Shown here piece by piece: positions 1 through 12,933 of a DNA stretch of 64,000 nucleotides. Below the pieces are notes generated by a model that searched no databases, had not been told where the DNA came from, and saw only the letters and a program-made list of their open reading frames with translations. How positions within the stretch are numbered: position 1 is the first letter of the stretch; each line of letters opens with the position of its first letter. Where the stretch lies: positions 11,532,001-11,596,000 of the forward strand of contig JBHGNT010000004.1 of the NCBI GenBank assembly GCA_043228905.1. Direction: 5' to 3'. The DNA is from Azolla caroliniana (Eukaryota > Plantae > Polypodiophyta). The position numbers and the translations under genes are program-made.

Positions 1-1647
1 CCCCCAAACATGTGCCGACTGCCATTTTTGCCGACCGTAATTGAGCCTCCATTTCCCTAGACCTGTCTTCGGTCTTTCTACCTCTCTTCGTGCTTTTTCG
101 GCTTGGTTCAACCTCTTTTGTAATTCCGAATCCGTCTCCAAAGGTTGTCTTTGTGACTCTGGCTGTAATATCTGTTCTCTCGCTTTTTCTAGAGCCACTT
201 GTTCTTCTTGCATTTTATTTTTGAACTATTGATTTTCTACCTGCGTCCGTTTATATTGCGCATTAAGCACATCTGCAGCTCTTATAGCCTGTTTGTATAA
301 TTCAGCCATATCCCTGGTTGCTCTGCTAGCCTTTTCATATTCTCGGTGGACTTCCACCAGTGCCTCATGTAATGGTGGTATCTGAATGGCTTCACCTCTA
401 TTTTTAGCATTTCGTTGTTGACCAATTCTATCCACTTCCGCTTGCTCGTTGGGTTCGACAGCTCCACATAATGACTTTTGGATCATTATTTGATCTCTAT
501 GCTCTTGCACCATTCTTTTCAACACTTCTTGAAGTCTTTTAGCTAACCAATCTACTAGTTCATATGATGTTTTGAACTGCAGAATGGCAGCTAGCTCATA
601 TGTTGCTGTCGGGATGTCGGAAAAACTGAGTGCCTCTTGCACTGTTGCCGTTGATGCCTGCCCTTTTTGAACTCGTGATGTGTCATCTGGATTGACATGA
701 GGTACTTGTGTGCTTTGGGAGGCTTGATCGTTAGTTCTCTTTTTCTTTTGCACAGGTTGTTCTTGCTCTAGTCTAGAATATCTTTGGGACCGTTGTTTCA
801 CCGTGCGTTGCTTCGGCAGTTGTTGGTCAATGTCGACTCGTCTTGATTCCTATTGTTGTGAGGGTTGCTCGTCTGTCGTCCCGTGTTGGTGCATCCTCTG
901 TGGTTGAAACTCCGGTTGTTGAGTCGGCGGTTGTTGGGCAGGTTCGGGTTCCGATATCGACTGTTGTTGTTCCGATTCTTGTTGTTGCCTTGGGTCCGGT
1001 TGGTCAAATTCGGTCTGATTGGTATCATCATGCGTTGATTCTTCTTCCCTCCACTCTTTCCGTTGGACTTGTCGTCGGGTTCGGGATGACTGTACCTGAG
1101 GCGGCCGTCGCACCTCTGATCGGTTTTCCGGTTCTAAAGTCGGAAATAATACCAATAACCAACCAGCAAAAATCGGCTTCATTGGTTTTCACTTCGGAAC
1201 TCCATTCAGTTGCTCTCTCAGAGCATCTGCCGACAGTAGGCCCCAAACGAAAGCTTCACCTTCATAAGCGGCGATGATAAATCCGGCCCTCTTCTTGGGC
1301 ATACAGTAGAATCTCGGACTAACAAACCCTACTTCCAATAAAAAATTTGCAACTTCATGAAAAAACACGTCCCTACCTCCTTGTGTTGGATACGCTTTGG
1401 CAGAGGGCGAATATTCACCGAAATAGGACCGCAGACCATCCTCTGTGACCTTGTTGACAGCGTCGAACCCACCTCTTGGCATCTCCAACACGACTCTTAC
1501 CTTCTTATTAGTGATCATCGAGACATCGATTTCTGCCAACAATGCTTCCGCGTTCGGGTGCGACTCTGCTTCTGCTACTTTCAAAAATCCCTGTAACTTA
1601 TTGCGAACGAGCCAGCAGCGCAAGTTATCAAATACAACAATTGGCAT
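1..1647 (-). pseudogene. Extra 3' ORF of element A (globular N-terminus, Q/P-rich linker, coiled-coil-like C-terminus), interrupted by three in-frame stops
   Basis: ORFs 1189-1647, 850-1182 and 226-801 share one frame and are separated only by single TGA/TAG codons. The frame stays open from 225 to the window start. Confidence 0.7.
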
Positions 1648-1996
1648 GTTGTCGTCGTCAATTGACAGATCGTCACTTTGTGGTGGCGGTAAGAAACGTT
1701 GTGGGCTATGGCGAATAAAATTAGAAAACTTGTGACCTCAAATGCGTTTCTACTTCTGTGGTGAAACAGTCATTATAGAAATAGGTTTTAAGAGATTAAT
1801 TTTTTGCATGATGCCTAGGGAATTAAAGTACTATTAATGTGGTAATGACTAGGCGCACTAGTGGAGTAATGGCTAGAAATAGTAATAATGACTAATAGAA
1901 ATATGCCTCCACTACTTTTACATATAGCCTTTTGAAATTACTCCAAGAATCTCTTCGTGACAGTTAGTTATGATTTGGCAAGAAAATATTCTATAG

Positions 1997-4900
1997 TTAG
2001 TTTTTTTTTTTTTTTTTTAGCCTTGAATGGATTTTCCGGCATGTGTCCCTGATATGGCTAAGCCGGAAACCATTGACCCATTTCGGTAAAATCTCACCTG
2101 ATAGGGTTCCCAGTTGATACATACCATTTTTACTGTTCACAATCCAAACTGGTCCCATCCATCTATACCGAAGTTTTCCTGGCATCGCCCCCATGTTGGT
2201 CTGGAAAACTAGTATTGGTTTCCTAATTCCGAATTGAGATTCGGTTTTTCGTCATTGTCAATTTACAAATGCCTTCGTTTGTCTTTGCTTGTGCTCCAAA
2301 GCTGTCATAGCTTGTAGTCAGTCTTCTTCTAACAGCAATAAAGATTGATTCCGAATTTGCTCCGATTGTAGTTCATTTAATTTTTCGGTTCCTTGTATTC
2401 GGAGTGTCGGAATCTGGAATTCGATTGGCATAACTGCTTCCAATCCAAAAGCCATTTGGAAAGGTGTTGATTTAATAGATGTTTTGTACGACATGCAATA
2501 TGCCCATAAAGCACTATGCAACTTTTAATCCCAGTCCATACGATTCTCATTTACTATCTTCTTGAGTATCGTATGTAGGGTTTTGTTTGTCGACTCTGCC
2601 AATCCATTCGCTTCTGGATAGTAAGGCGTGCTTTTCTTATGAACCACTGCATAGTAGGTAGACAATTCATGAACAAGTTTGTTAATGAAATGCGTACCTT
2701 GATCGCTCACTAATTCTATTGGGCAGCCGAATCGACACCATATACTTTCGTACAAAATTTTTGTTGTTGAAGTTGTCGTATTATCCCTAAGAGCTTTAGC
2801 TTCTACCCACTTCGTATAGTAGTCAGTAGCCACTATAATATATCTATTGCCTATTCTTACTGCTGCTGGTTTGAATGGGCCTACAAAATCCAAACCCCAT
2901 TTCTGGAAAGGTTCAAGAGGTAACATAGGTTGAAACGACATTCGGTCCCTTTCTGTCGGTTGTCCTATACGTTGGCATAAATCACATTTCCGACAATATT
3001 CGACTGCATCCTTCATCATTGTCAGCCACCATAAGCCACTGTTCCATATTTTTCTTGTTGTGGTTTCTCCAGCATAGTGTCCTCCTGCAATTCCACAGTG
3101 CGATTCCCAAAGAATGACCAATTTTTCGAATTGTCGTATTGTTCTTCTCCAAATACCATCTACTCCTTTATGATACGGAGTGTCGTTCAAAAGACAAAAA
3201 TTACGACTCCGTACCGCCAATCTTTTCCTTTCGTCTGCCAATAGATGTTGGGGTGGTAACCCTGTTGTAAGTAAGAATGTCATTTCTGAGATCTAACCAT
3301 CCTCACTTTCTTCATTTACACCTTGTGCATTTACTGCTTCCACTCGAAAAAGCTGGCCATCTGGAAAATCATCCTTGACACCTGTGCCTTCTTCTCCTGA
3401 CTCTAGTCGACTGAGATAATCGGCCACTGCATGTTGTACTCCTGGCCGATGTAAAATGTCGAATTCGAATTCTTGGAGTAGAAGAGTCCATCTTGCTAAC
3501 TTGCCAGTTAACTCTTGTTTCGAGACCAAATAAAGAAGAGCCGAATGATCAACATGAAATGTAAACTTTTTCCCCAAAAGATAGTGTCGAAATTTATTGA
3601 CACTATAGATCATTCCTAAAGCTTCCCTCTCAGTGGTAGAGTAATTTCTTTCTGTTGTCAAGAGTTTCCGACTAGCATAGTAAACTGGCATGTACCAATT
3701 CGGTTCGGTTAACTGCATTAATGCACTTCCGTCAACAAAAACATGGAATGGCTTATTCCAGTGAGGTGGTTGAACGACTGGAACTTTGGACAACATTTTC
3801 TTCAGAGAATCATATGCATCCTGTTCCACACTTGTCCACTGAAAAGGAACTTTGTGTACTGTTGTATGTAAGGGAATGGTGATATCCGCAAGATATCTTA
3901 TCATTCGGTTGTGCCATCTAATCTATCCCAAAAACCGATTGAGAGCTTTCGCATTGGTGGGTGCCGGTGCTTCCAGTATGGTTTTAAACCTTGTTAGAGT
4001 CCACTGCAATTCCTTCCTGACTGACAATATGGCCTAATAATGTGCCACTAGTGATCCCGAATGCACATTTTGCCAAATTTAAACTAAGTCATCCTTCCCA
4101 ACATTTCTCCAAACATAGCCGTAAATGCTCAAAATGTTCGGTTTTCCGACTATAAACAACAAAATCATCCAAAAATACTTGCATAAAGGCAGGAATGTAA
4201 TTCCCAAATATTTCTTGTATCACTCTTTGAAATGTCGCCAAAGCAGTCTTCAAGCCAAACATCATTACTATTGCTACAAACATTCCCCATTCTATAACAA
4301 AAGTTGTCTTTTCTTGATCTTCTGAATTCATCCGAACCTGATTATAACCACTAAAACCATCTAGGAAACTATATACTTCATGGCCAGCTACCACATCCAA
4401 TATACCATCCGTAAATGGTAATGGAAACGCATCCGTAACTGTAGCCGCATTTAGTTTCCGGTAGTCGACACATACCCAAATCTTGCCATTCTTTTTCGGA
4501 ACTACGACGATTGGACTTAACCATGTTGATTTTTTCACCGGACGAATAAACCCTACTTTCAAAAGTTTATCTATTTCTTCTTTAACTTTAATAGCATAAT
4601 TAGGATTTAATTGGTACCTACGTTGTTGAACTGGCTTTGCATCCTTATGCAGGTTGATTTGATGTTGACAAAAAGTTGGATCTAGTCCCTTCATATCTTC
4701 AAAAGACCAGGCAAAGACATCCTTATATTGCTTTAATAATGTTGTTAACCTTTGTTTGTCTGCTTCTATCATATCCTTAGCAATGAGTACCGTTTTCAAC
4801 TCATTGTCCCTATCTTCTTCTGCCAAATTTATTTCCTCCAATGCTGAAGCTTGAACTCGTTGGGACACCTTCATCTCTCTATCAGTAGCTTCTTGCTGGA

Positions 4901-5460
4901 GTCGTATTTCCTTCATTGCTTGCTCATCTATTGGCAATTCCTCCTAGGAATCCACATATGGCGTCAAGGCTTGTAAAATATCTACTTCAAACAAAGGAAT
5001 GATTTTCGGATTATCCTAAAAATACTAATTTTCTTCGACCTCGTCTAATCCTTCCATCATATTGACAGATTCAGCATACACAGGCAAACAATGTTTGCTT
5101 GTCGCAACCTTGTTCTACGTCGAAACCCGGATTTTCGTTTTGCCTTTTCTGAACGTTAGTTGATTCTGATTCCAATTCTGCTTGATGTTAGCAGTCTTGA
5201 ACCACAGTCTCCCTAATAACAAAGGATATGCACCAGGAGCTTCCAAATGAAGTATTACTACCGATATCAGAAAACTATGACCACCCAATACCACCTCTAA
5301 TTGGCGAAGTAAACCAATTGGTCGTACCGTAGTGGTATCCGCCATTCTTAGCCAAATGGGCAAGCTTCCCATTTAGTAATTCCCAACCTATCACAAGTGG
5401 TTTTATTAATGACATTCACTCCTGAGCACCCATCGATAATCGTATTTTCGATTTTTGACC
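1997..5460 (-). pseudogene. pol: pol of element A (PR-RT-RNase H-integrase) with stops and frameshifts
   Basis: Domain motifs in ORFs 5115-5372, 4089-4937, 3293-3904, 2525-3283, 2318-2521 and 1997-2194. Confidence 0.9.
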
Positions 5461-6558
5461 TTGAATTATTACTTTAATTGATGGATTTTGCTCATCCATG
5501 ATTGAAGGGTCGGTGCTCGACTGACTATAGTGTACTGATACTTGTTCTGACCCCTTTTGGGCAATCAATGTCGCCACTTTTTTGGTAAATCTAGGGACCA
5601 AATTAAGTAATCCGGTCAGTGGTAATGACACTTGGCAATCTGCCAAGAGCTTCCAAGTTTCCTCTTGTTCTGGTACAACAATAACTCCTGGTAATTCGGT
5701 AGCTTGGTTAGTTTCATTGTCTTGGAGCATCCGGTTTACATTATTTTTGTTTGCTTCCTCTACCCATTCCTTGGCTGCTTTCCGGACTGCTTCCTGAATC
5801 TCCCATTCAGATTGTTTACTTTTGCTTCTAGTGGTTCCTTGATGTATTTCCAGTATAACCATATTAACCACCGATCCTTTTCCTTTAGCAGAACATTGAT
5901 TAGCATAATGACCAATTTGACGGAAAATATAGCAAGTAGGAACAAACGTTCCACTTCCCTCGCCTTGCTCAAATTGACTATTCCCATCATTTTGCATAAA
6001 CCGTTGACCATCATTCGGCGATTGCTGAAACTGTTGTGAGGCTTTCGGCTTGTAGAATTTTTTATTTTTATACTGGTTTTGCTTAAACCGTCCTCCATTT
6101 TGCTATTGCTGATGCATATTCAGTGCTACTGAGAATTCTTGATTTTGTTGAAAATCTTGATTGTGCTAAAAATTACTTTGTTGAAAAGACTGATTATTTT
6201 GTTGAAAAGCTGGATTCTATTGGAATTTATTTTGCTGAAAGGCTTGATTTTTTTGAAAATTATTTTGTTGATCTTGTGGAAAACTATTTTGATGGTATCC
6301 ATTATTGAACAAATTCTAGTTATTGTGGTACCCGTTTTCCAGAAAAATTTGTCTTACCGGAGCCATCGTCTTATTAAGCAAGTTATACTCACATTGCTCG
6401 ACCGAATGAAGTTTAGAATGACATATTGTGCAATGTGTTCGCAGACTACATTCGATCGTTGAATGACCGGTATTTAAACAAGTAGTACACTGAACTGCTT
6501 GTCGAAATTGTAACTCCTCCATCGTTGGCAGTGTATGATTTAGTGCTGACATATCCAT
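5461..6558 (-). pseudogene. gag: C-terminal gag of element A: two CCHC knuckles, Q/N-rich repeats, third degenerate knuckle
   Basis: CTTCLNTGHSTIEC and CTICHSKLHSVEQC, then CYIFRQIGHYANQC. Homologous to element K gag at 11180-11820. Confidence 0.8.
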
Positions 6559-6559
6559 A

Positions 6560-7432
6560 CTCCGTACATTTATCGGCTATCATTGAAAGAACCTGCATCT
6601 CTGTCTGTAGTTGTATTTTCCGTTGGGGATCCAGTGGCCCATCAATTTCTAGTTGATGTTGAGCAACCTGTTCAAGTAATGCCTCACTAAGCACATTTTC
6701 ATGTACAAGTTATTTATAAAATATTACATACTAGCAAAACAATAGCTACCTGAATCTTATTTCTAATTGTTGGCTCTGCCAAAGTGACTTTTCTCTCCAT
6801 CGCAACAACCAATGTTGCTTTCTCCAAGTCAATCTTTGTTGCCTCTAATGTCTCATAGGCTTTGTGGACATTTTTCAGCATATAGCTAATCAATGTCTCA
6901 CCTGTATCATTGACATTTGCTTTCATTGTGTTTCGGCGTAGTGTATACTTGCGAGTTTGTTGGGATTCAGCAGTTGCATCATCAACTGCCACGCTCCAAA
7001 ATCTTGCCATTTTTTGTTGCAAGCTCCCCATCTTCCGGCATCATTCTATCGATGCCTCACCATAAATAGCCCAAGCTACCCTGTACATTTCAGGGTTCGT
7101 TGCTTCCTTCGTTGTTTTGCAATACTCGTATGCAAAAGCTCTCGCGAATGCAATGGACAACTCGTTGTTGACCGGGATATCTTGATGTACTTTCTAGTGG
7201 AGCCTCATGCAGTCATCATACAACTCTGGTCGTACATGCTTGAGCTTCACCTTGTCTTTCAGCTTAGGCACATTATAGACTGACAACTAGTCTACATCAC
7301 TAATCAATTTATCTGTTAGAACACAAGGGTCAATACCCTTTAGCGATAGACCATATATGTTGTTAAAGTCCTCTTTTGTCTCACAAAATTTTGCAAAGTT
7401 CAGTACTCTAGGATATGGAGGAACGAGCCACC
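6560..7432 (-). pseudogene. Degenerate coding fragment of unknown type, probably from another transposon; not homologous to the A/K gag
   Basis: One minus frame reads WLVPPYPRVLNFAKFCETK...VHQDIPVNNELSIAFARAFAYEYC...RVAWAIYGE...MGSLQQKMARFW with three stops. It is preceded by an acceptor-like ttattttag at about 7432 and has a donor-like CAG/GTAGC at about 6750. Confidence 0.45.
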
Positions 7433-7668
7433 TAAAATAAAAAATCAATACATGTTACCTCTACTCTACTAGGGCATGTGTATTTAGAACCATAATTGGT
7501 AGGGGGGAATCAAAAATAAAAAATCAGCCACATTCACCCAATTTCTAAATCAAGTTTGGGGGAAGTTTGCAGACACACAACCATTGAAATCAGAAATGTG
7601 TTGGTGCAAAATTCCAACACTAAATCTAAAATTTTCAACAGTAATAAAAAATCAACCACTTAAAAAAT

Positions 7669-8146
7669 TGTTACCGTACGAGATGTACGGAGAGCGAGGG
7701 TGGAATGTTATAATGTTGTTTATGTGTATGTGTAAATGTGTAAGTGTAATTGTGAGTGAGTAAATATGTATCTGTACACATGCACATGTGTGTGCATGTG
7801 GACAAATATGAGGAGGTGCGAGTGAGTGATTTGTGTGAATGTCCGAGGGGGCTTGCACCCTTGTGTATCTACCCTTTTGTAACTATTTAACCCCTTATGG
7901 GGAATGGATAAAGCAACATTTCTCTTTTAATCTTTCTCCCTTGTCATCTCTCTTTCTCTCTCTCTCCCTTACGTTGAACCCCCTTGGGAGGGGGGTGGAG
8001 CCATTCTAGGCACCACCCCCCACCCCACAATGCTTCTCAATGCTCATCCCGTCATCATCAATTCCACAATGCTTATCTCCATCATCACACTCATCATTAT
8101 CATCATGCTATTATAATCATCATCCCTAACCCTAAAACGTACAACA
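7669..8146 (+). repeat. LTR (M family), copy 1
   Basis: TG...CA termini, about 478 bp. Repeated at 9629-10090 and, inverted, at 31253-31496. Confidence 0.75.
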
Positions 8147-9628
8147 CTTTTTGACGACCATTAGGGCAATCCCTCTTTGGAGAAGAAGTCGATGACTACT
8201 ACGCGGCAAAGACATGGCAACAACGAATTGTGCGAGAATGGTGGTGATGATGTGCGAGAAATCAAATAGACGATGTGCGGGAAATGGTGATGTTGATTGG
8301 AAGCCGTCGAGGTCGATGAATGCAACACAGTGATGTTGTGGATGTTGTGCAAGAAGACGTCACAAAAGGATAAGCAATAGATGTATGTTCAACAATGTGT
8401 GGTTAGCGACAATGTGTATGTGCAGGAATGCGTGGTGTGAAAGACAACCAAAAAGACAAAGTCGAATAGGCCAGATGGACAAACACGGATGGAGACGTCG
8501 TCAGCAATGGACAAGTAACAAGACAATGACAATGTACGTAGATGGAGCGGCCGGAATAGCCAGACAGCGGCAGTAAATGTACCAGACTGGTCGGACAGCA
8601 TCCGGAACGACACGAATGGCCGAATAGGAACTAAAGCGATCATAGAGACAACGACAACAGTTCAGATATAGCCGACAGTGGCCGGAGAACAACGATTGAA
8701 ATGGACAGGCAACGGAAACTGGCGACGGCCGGAGCAGAAGGACAATAGGGCGGAAACAGCCGGAATGATGGACCAAAAACAGCAGGGAAGAACGAACAGA
8801 GACGGACAACCACGGCCAGCCAACAGAAACGACGGCGGCAACACAGAGAAGGAGATGACGTGCAAGCAAAGGGAGAGTGAAGGTCGTGTTTCCTCCGTAC
8901 CCCGAAACGCCAAAACAGAACAAGGAAGAAGTGGAAGAAACAGAGAAAGAAAGAGAGAAGATTTGTAGAAGACATCGAATAAGAAGAAATCGCAGAGAAG
9001 AAAGAAGAGAAACGATGAAGCAAAGAGGAAACAGAAGTAGCAATAGCAGTACATGAATAGAGTAAAAGAACGAGAGGAAGCACTACAAGAGAGAAAAAAG
9101 GAAGGCAAGCATCTGAGAGTAGGAGAAGAAGAAAAGAACAAGAAGAAGGAAGCCAAGAAGAAGACACGCACAAAAACGGGAGGAAAGAGTGACCTAACGC
9201 AACTGAAAAATAATAATAATAAATAATAAAACCGAAAAAAAAAGTGGAAAAAGAGAAGGGCATGAGAGATAATCTCACAAACTTGAGGGAAGAAAAAGAG
9301 AGGGACGTCATAACAAATTTTAAATTATATGAGGCAATGGACGAGATGGACTCACGACAACTCACACAAAATCAACGAGAGGAATAATACACATACACAC
9401 AATGTTTTAAAGACCCAATGAAGGATAATACCAATGTTCGTGAGCCGATAGAACGAGAATGTTCGTCTCGAGGAATATTCGCTGACCAAAGGAGATGTTC
9501 GGGTCAAGCGTTCCGATCGAAGAAGTCAATCGATGAGAGGACCGATGGAAGTTTCGGTCGAAGAAAGATGAAGATCAAGGCATGTGGGATCGACGTGCAA
9601 GGTACTCTCCCACGGACGTTCCATAATG

Positions 9629-10090
9629 AGTTACTTTATGAAATGTCCGGAGATCGAGGGTGGAATGTTATAATGTTGTTTATGTGTATGTGTAAATGTG
9701 TAAGTGTAATTGTGAGTGTGAGTAATTACGTATGTGTACACATGCACACGTGTGTGCATGTGGACGAATACGAGGAGGTGTGAGTGAGTGATTGGTGTGA
9801 ATGTACAACGGGGCTTGCACACCTGTGTATCTACCCTTTTGTAACTATTTAACCCCTTATGGGGAATGGATAAAGGAACATTTCTCTCTCAATCATTCTC
9901 CCTTGTCATCTCTCTTTCTCTCTCTCTCTCCCTTACGTTGAACCCCCTTGGGAGGGGGGTGGAGCCATTCTAGGCACCACCCCCCACCTCACAATGCTTC
10001 TCAATGCTCATTAGATCATCATCAATTCCACAATGCTTATCTCCATCATCACACCCATCATTATGATCATGCTATGATAATCGTCATCGC
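9629..10090 (+). repeat. LTR (M family), copy 2, last ~20 bp missing
   Basis: Colinear with 7669-8125, then joins the N-terminal gag of element K. Confidence 0.75.
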
Positions 10091-12933
10091 GAGCAAAAAG
10101 ACTGGCCGAGAGACTACGGAAGCGGGAGGCTTACTAATAGGCAGCTGAGGAGAATTGGTCGGATCGGTCTTTTTCCAGAGTGATTCGGCGGATCGCAGAG
10201 GAATCACTCCAGTTACAGCATAATCCATACCCGAATGAAGGAAGTAGTTTGAGCAATTTTGAGACGCGGAATCCATCCTACAGACCCTCATGGCAGGCGA
10301 GAGAGATTCGGGAGCGTTCTCAGCTATTGAATCGGATTCGGACGGGGAGCACAGTGCTCAGTCACGACATCCCAGAAAGCCCGGAAGGCGATGGTTCGGA
10401 AAACATACTGACGCCAGAACTGGAAACGACAAAACCGGCATCCCCGGTCAACGAAACAAGGTCGGATGAGCAAACATTGACACCACCACACAACCAAGTG
10501 TAGACTCAGGAGGAACAGGCCCCTATATGACCTCCCAAGTCACCAAAGAAACAGGAGGAGCGGGTACCAACACAACCTCTGGCAGACCCGATAGACGACG
10601 ACACCATGTCGTACAGTTATTCGAAATATCGGGATGACACGGACACAGAAACCTACATATACGCCTTCCTCCAAACATGGGAGGTGAACCACGTGTCCCA
10701 ATGACTGAATGAAGCAGAGACCGACCAATCAAAGATAGCGGAATTTGGCATGACCTTGGAGGAACCGGCATCATGATGGCACTCTAAGCACCTCCCCAGC
10801 AGTATTGACACATTTGAAGAGTTAAAGACAAGGTTTCTCCGATTCTTCCACAGATAGGTGGATCAAAGGGAAATTGTCGGACAATTCTATATGACACAAC
10901 ATGACCCAACAGAAACCATTCAGCAGTTCGTCATACGGTTCCAGGAAATGCACAGTCAATTCACCAAAGCACCGTTAGAAAAAGAAGTGAAAGCGGTATT
11001 TTTGGCGGCGTTCCGGGAACCCCTCCGAACAATGTGTGCAGTCATAGATTTTCGGACCAGCACAATAGACCAGGTCATTGACCGGGTCATGGACATGGAC
11101 AAGAACAATTCTTGGCTAACGATGGGGGCACTCCAACGCACTCCCTACCAAAGAGGACCTACGGTTTCGCCAGGCGGTCCAATGCACGACGTGCCTTAAT
11201 TCCGGGCACTCAACGGTAGAATGCACGATGAGATCACAATGCATGTTATGCCATTCCCGGTCACACACAATGGACCGCTGTGAATATAATCTGCTAAACC
11301 AGCAAGAGGCGCCAGTCCGGCATATCGAACCCCGGAACTGACCGACAAAGGAAGAAGAACGGTTCCAGCAAGACAATCGTTACAGACCAATCCAAGTCGT
11401 CTTATACGAAGATAGACAAGACGAGTATGATCAGGACCGTAATGATAGAGGTTGGGACTATAACCGTGATCGATATGATCATGATTATTCCCCCGACCAT
11501 AATCAGAGGAGGGATGACCAACGAGGAGACTATGCAGATTCGAATAGGCGCCAAAAGGGATATCGGAACAACAAACGCTACAATAAAAAACGGAATGCTC
11601 GAAGAGAGGAGCGTCGGGAACCGGCAAAGGATTATCAAGGGGAGCCGGATAGAAACATCACGGGTGTTGAATCGGAGCAAACGAAGATTAGAGGAGCCCA
11701 ACCAGGCAATATCCGGTTTTCAGTCGGGTAACACGGCAAAAGCGGAGACTAGTAATACACGGAAAGTGTATTGCTATTATTGCGAGCAAGACGGACACTA
11801 CAGCAACCAGTGCTCGGTCAAGACCAACGAGAAACAACTGGCACTTAATATGGTGATTGTAGAGGTGGCCGACATTCAGTAGGTTACTACCCGGTCAAAA
11901 GGAAAGATGGCCGAATGGGAGGCTCAAGAAGCAATCCGAAAGCAAGCCACGGAATGGATAGAAAAGGAAAACGAACGGAACATCACCGAAGTACGTGAAC
12001 AAATGAAGTTTCCGGAGGAAACAATAGGGACCACGAACGAAAACCCCATGTGGCAGGCATTACAGGACTACCAGATTATGATGCCATTGGGCTGTCTGAT
12101 GCAATTAGTGCCCCGATTCACGGACGGCTTGTAATCGGCATTGGCACCACAAAACTCTAAGCCGGCTCGGGTCTTCTTTTCTAATCCGGAAGAAGGACAT
12201 GCAGTGGTGAACACTAGCAACCTGATAATCACAGCCATCGTCAAGGGACGTGAGGTACCCGGAACAATCGTCAATGGTGGATCGGGGGTGAATATCATTA
12301 GCCAACGAACATGCGATACGTTGGGAATACAAGAATGGGAGCCATGCCCATTCTGGCTCCAGATGGCAGATACCAGTTCAGTCCGACCAACCGGATTAAT
12401 CTAGGATTTGGAAGTCACAATCAAAGGACATACATTTCGGATTTCCACGGTGGTTCTATAGTTGAACACACAAGGTGCATATCCTTTGTTGCTAGGACGA
12501 CCATGGCTACGAACAACGCATATAAAATAGAACTGGTAGAAAAACATTATTACATTCCGGAGAACCTGGATGCCAAGGTGTGAGTGCCGACACAACCCCG
12601 AGCAGGCGCAACCAAGGACGCAACGCCATTGTATGCCGAAAGCATTTACATGTTGGATGGGCTAGCCGACGAAGAGGTAGATTGATATCTCGACGAGCAC
12701 CCAAAGATATTCACGTTGTTCAAAGTGGATGTTGCCGAAGTAGTCACCCCATATATCGTGCAACCGGAAGAGGTCGATAAGGAGCCGGATCAGGACACCA
12801 TCCGGGAATTACGTCAGGTCCCAAGAAGCCCTCAACCGGGAAATGGCAGTATCGCAACGAGTAAAAGCGTCGCAGTTGGAGGAAGTAAACCTAGGAACTG
12901 GGGAAGAGTCCAAACCAGTAAATGTGGCAAAAG

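Larger units (their letters stand above)
1..6560 (-). mobile_element. Element A: truncated, degenerate Ty3/gypsy non-chromovirus (Athila-like) internal region
   Basis: Minus-strand order: gag zinc knuckles (6316-6558), protease (about 5115-5460), RT (4089-4937; WLSPIVVVPKK, CVDYRKLN, VFLDDF), RNase H (3293-3904; FVDGS, TEREALG, HVDHSAL), integrase (2318-3283; H-X6-H/C-X2-[21 protein letters not shown]), GPY/F-like tail (1997-2194). PR-RT-RH-INT order indicates gypsy. No LTR is visible; the element runs off the window start. Confidence 0.9.
7669..10090 (+). mobile_element. Element M: non-coding two-LTR element (TRIM/LARD-like), 3' LTR end truncated
   Basis: Direct repeats 7669-8146 (TGTTAC...ACAACA) and 9629-10090. 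A PBS-like TTTTTGACGACCA follows the first repeat. The 1.5-kb GA-rich interior has no retroelement ORF. Confidence 0.7.

Noticed and set aside
3283-3310. Tat-type additional RNase H in elements A and K
   Set aside because: RNase H is followed directly by integrase, and no second RNase H was recognised, so Athila-like was preferred. Lineage assignment still needs an RT phylogeny.
8389-9365. Long hydrophobic F/L/S-rich ORFs (also 38730-39276) resembling membrane proteins
   Set aside because: Artefact of a CT-rich strand with few stops; several frames are open at once and no domain motif is present.
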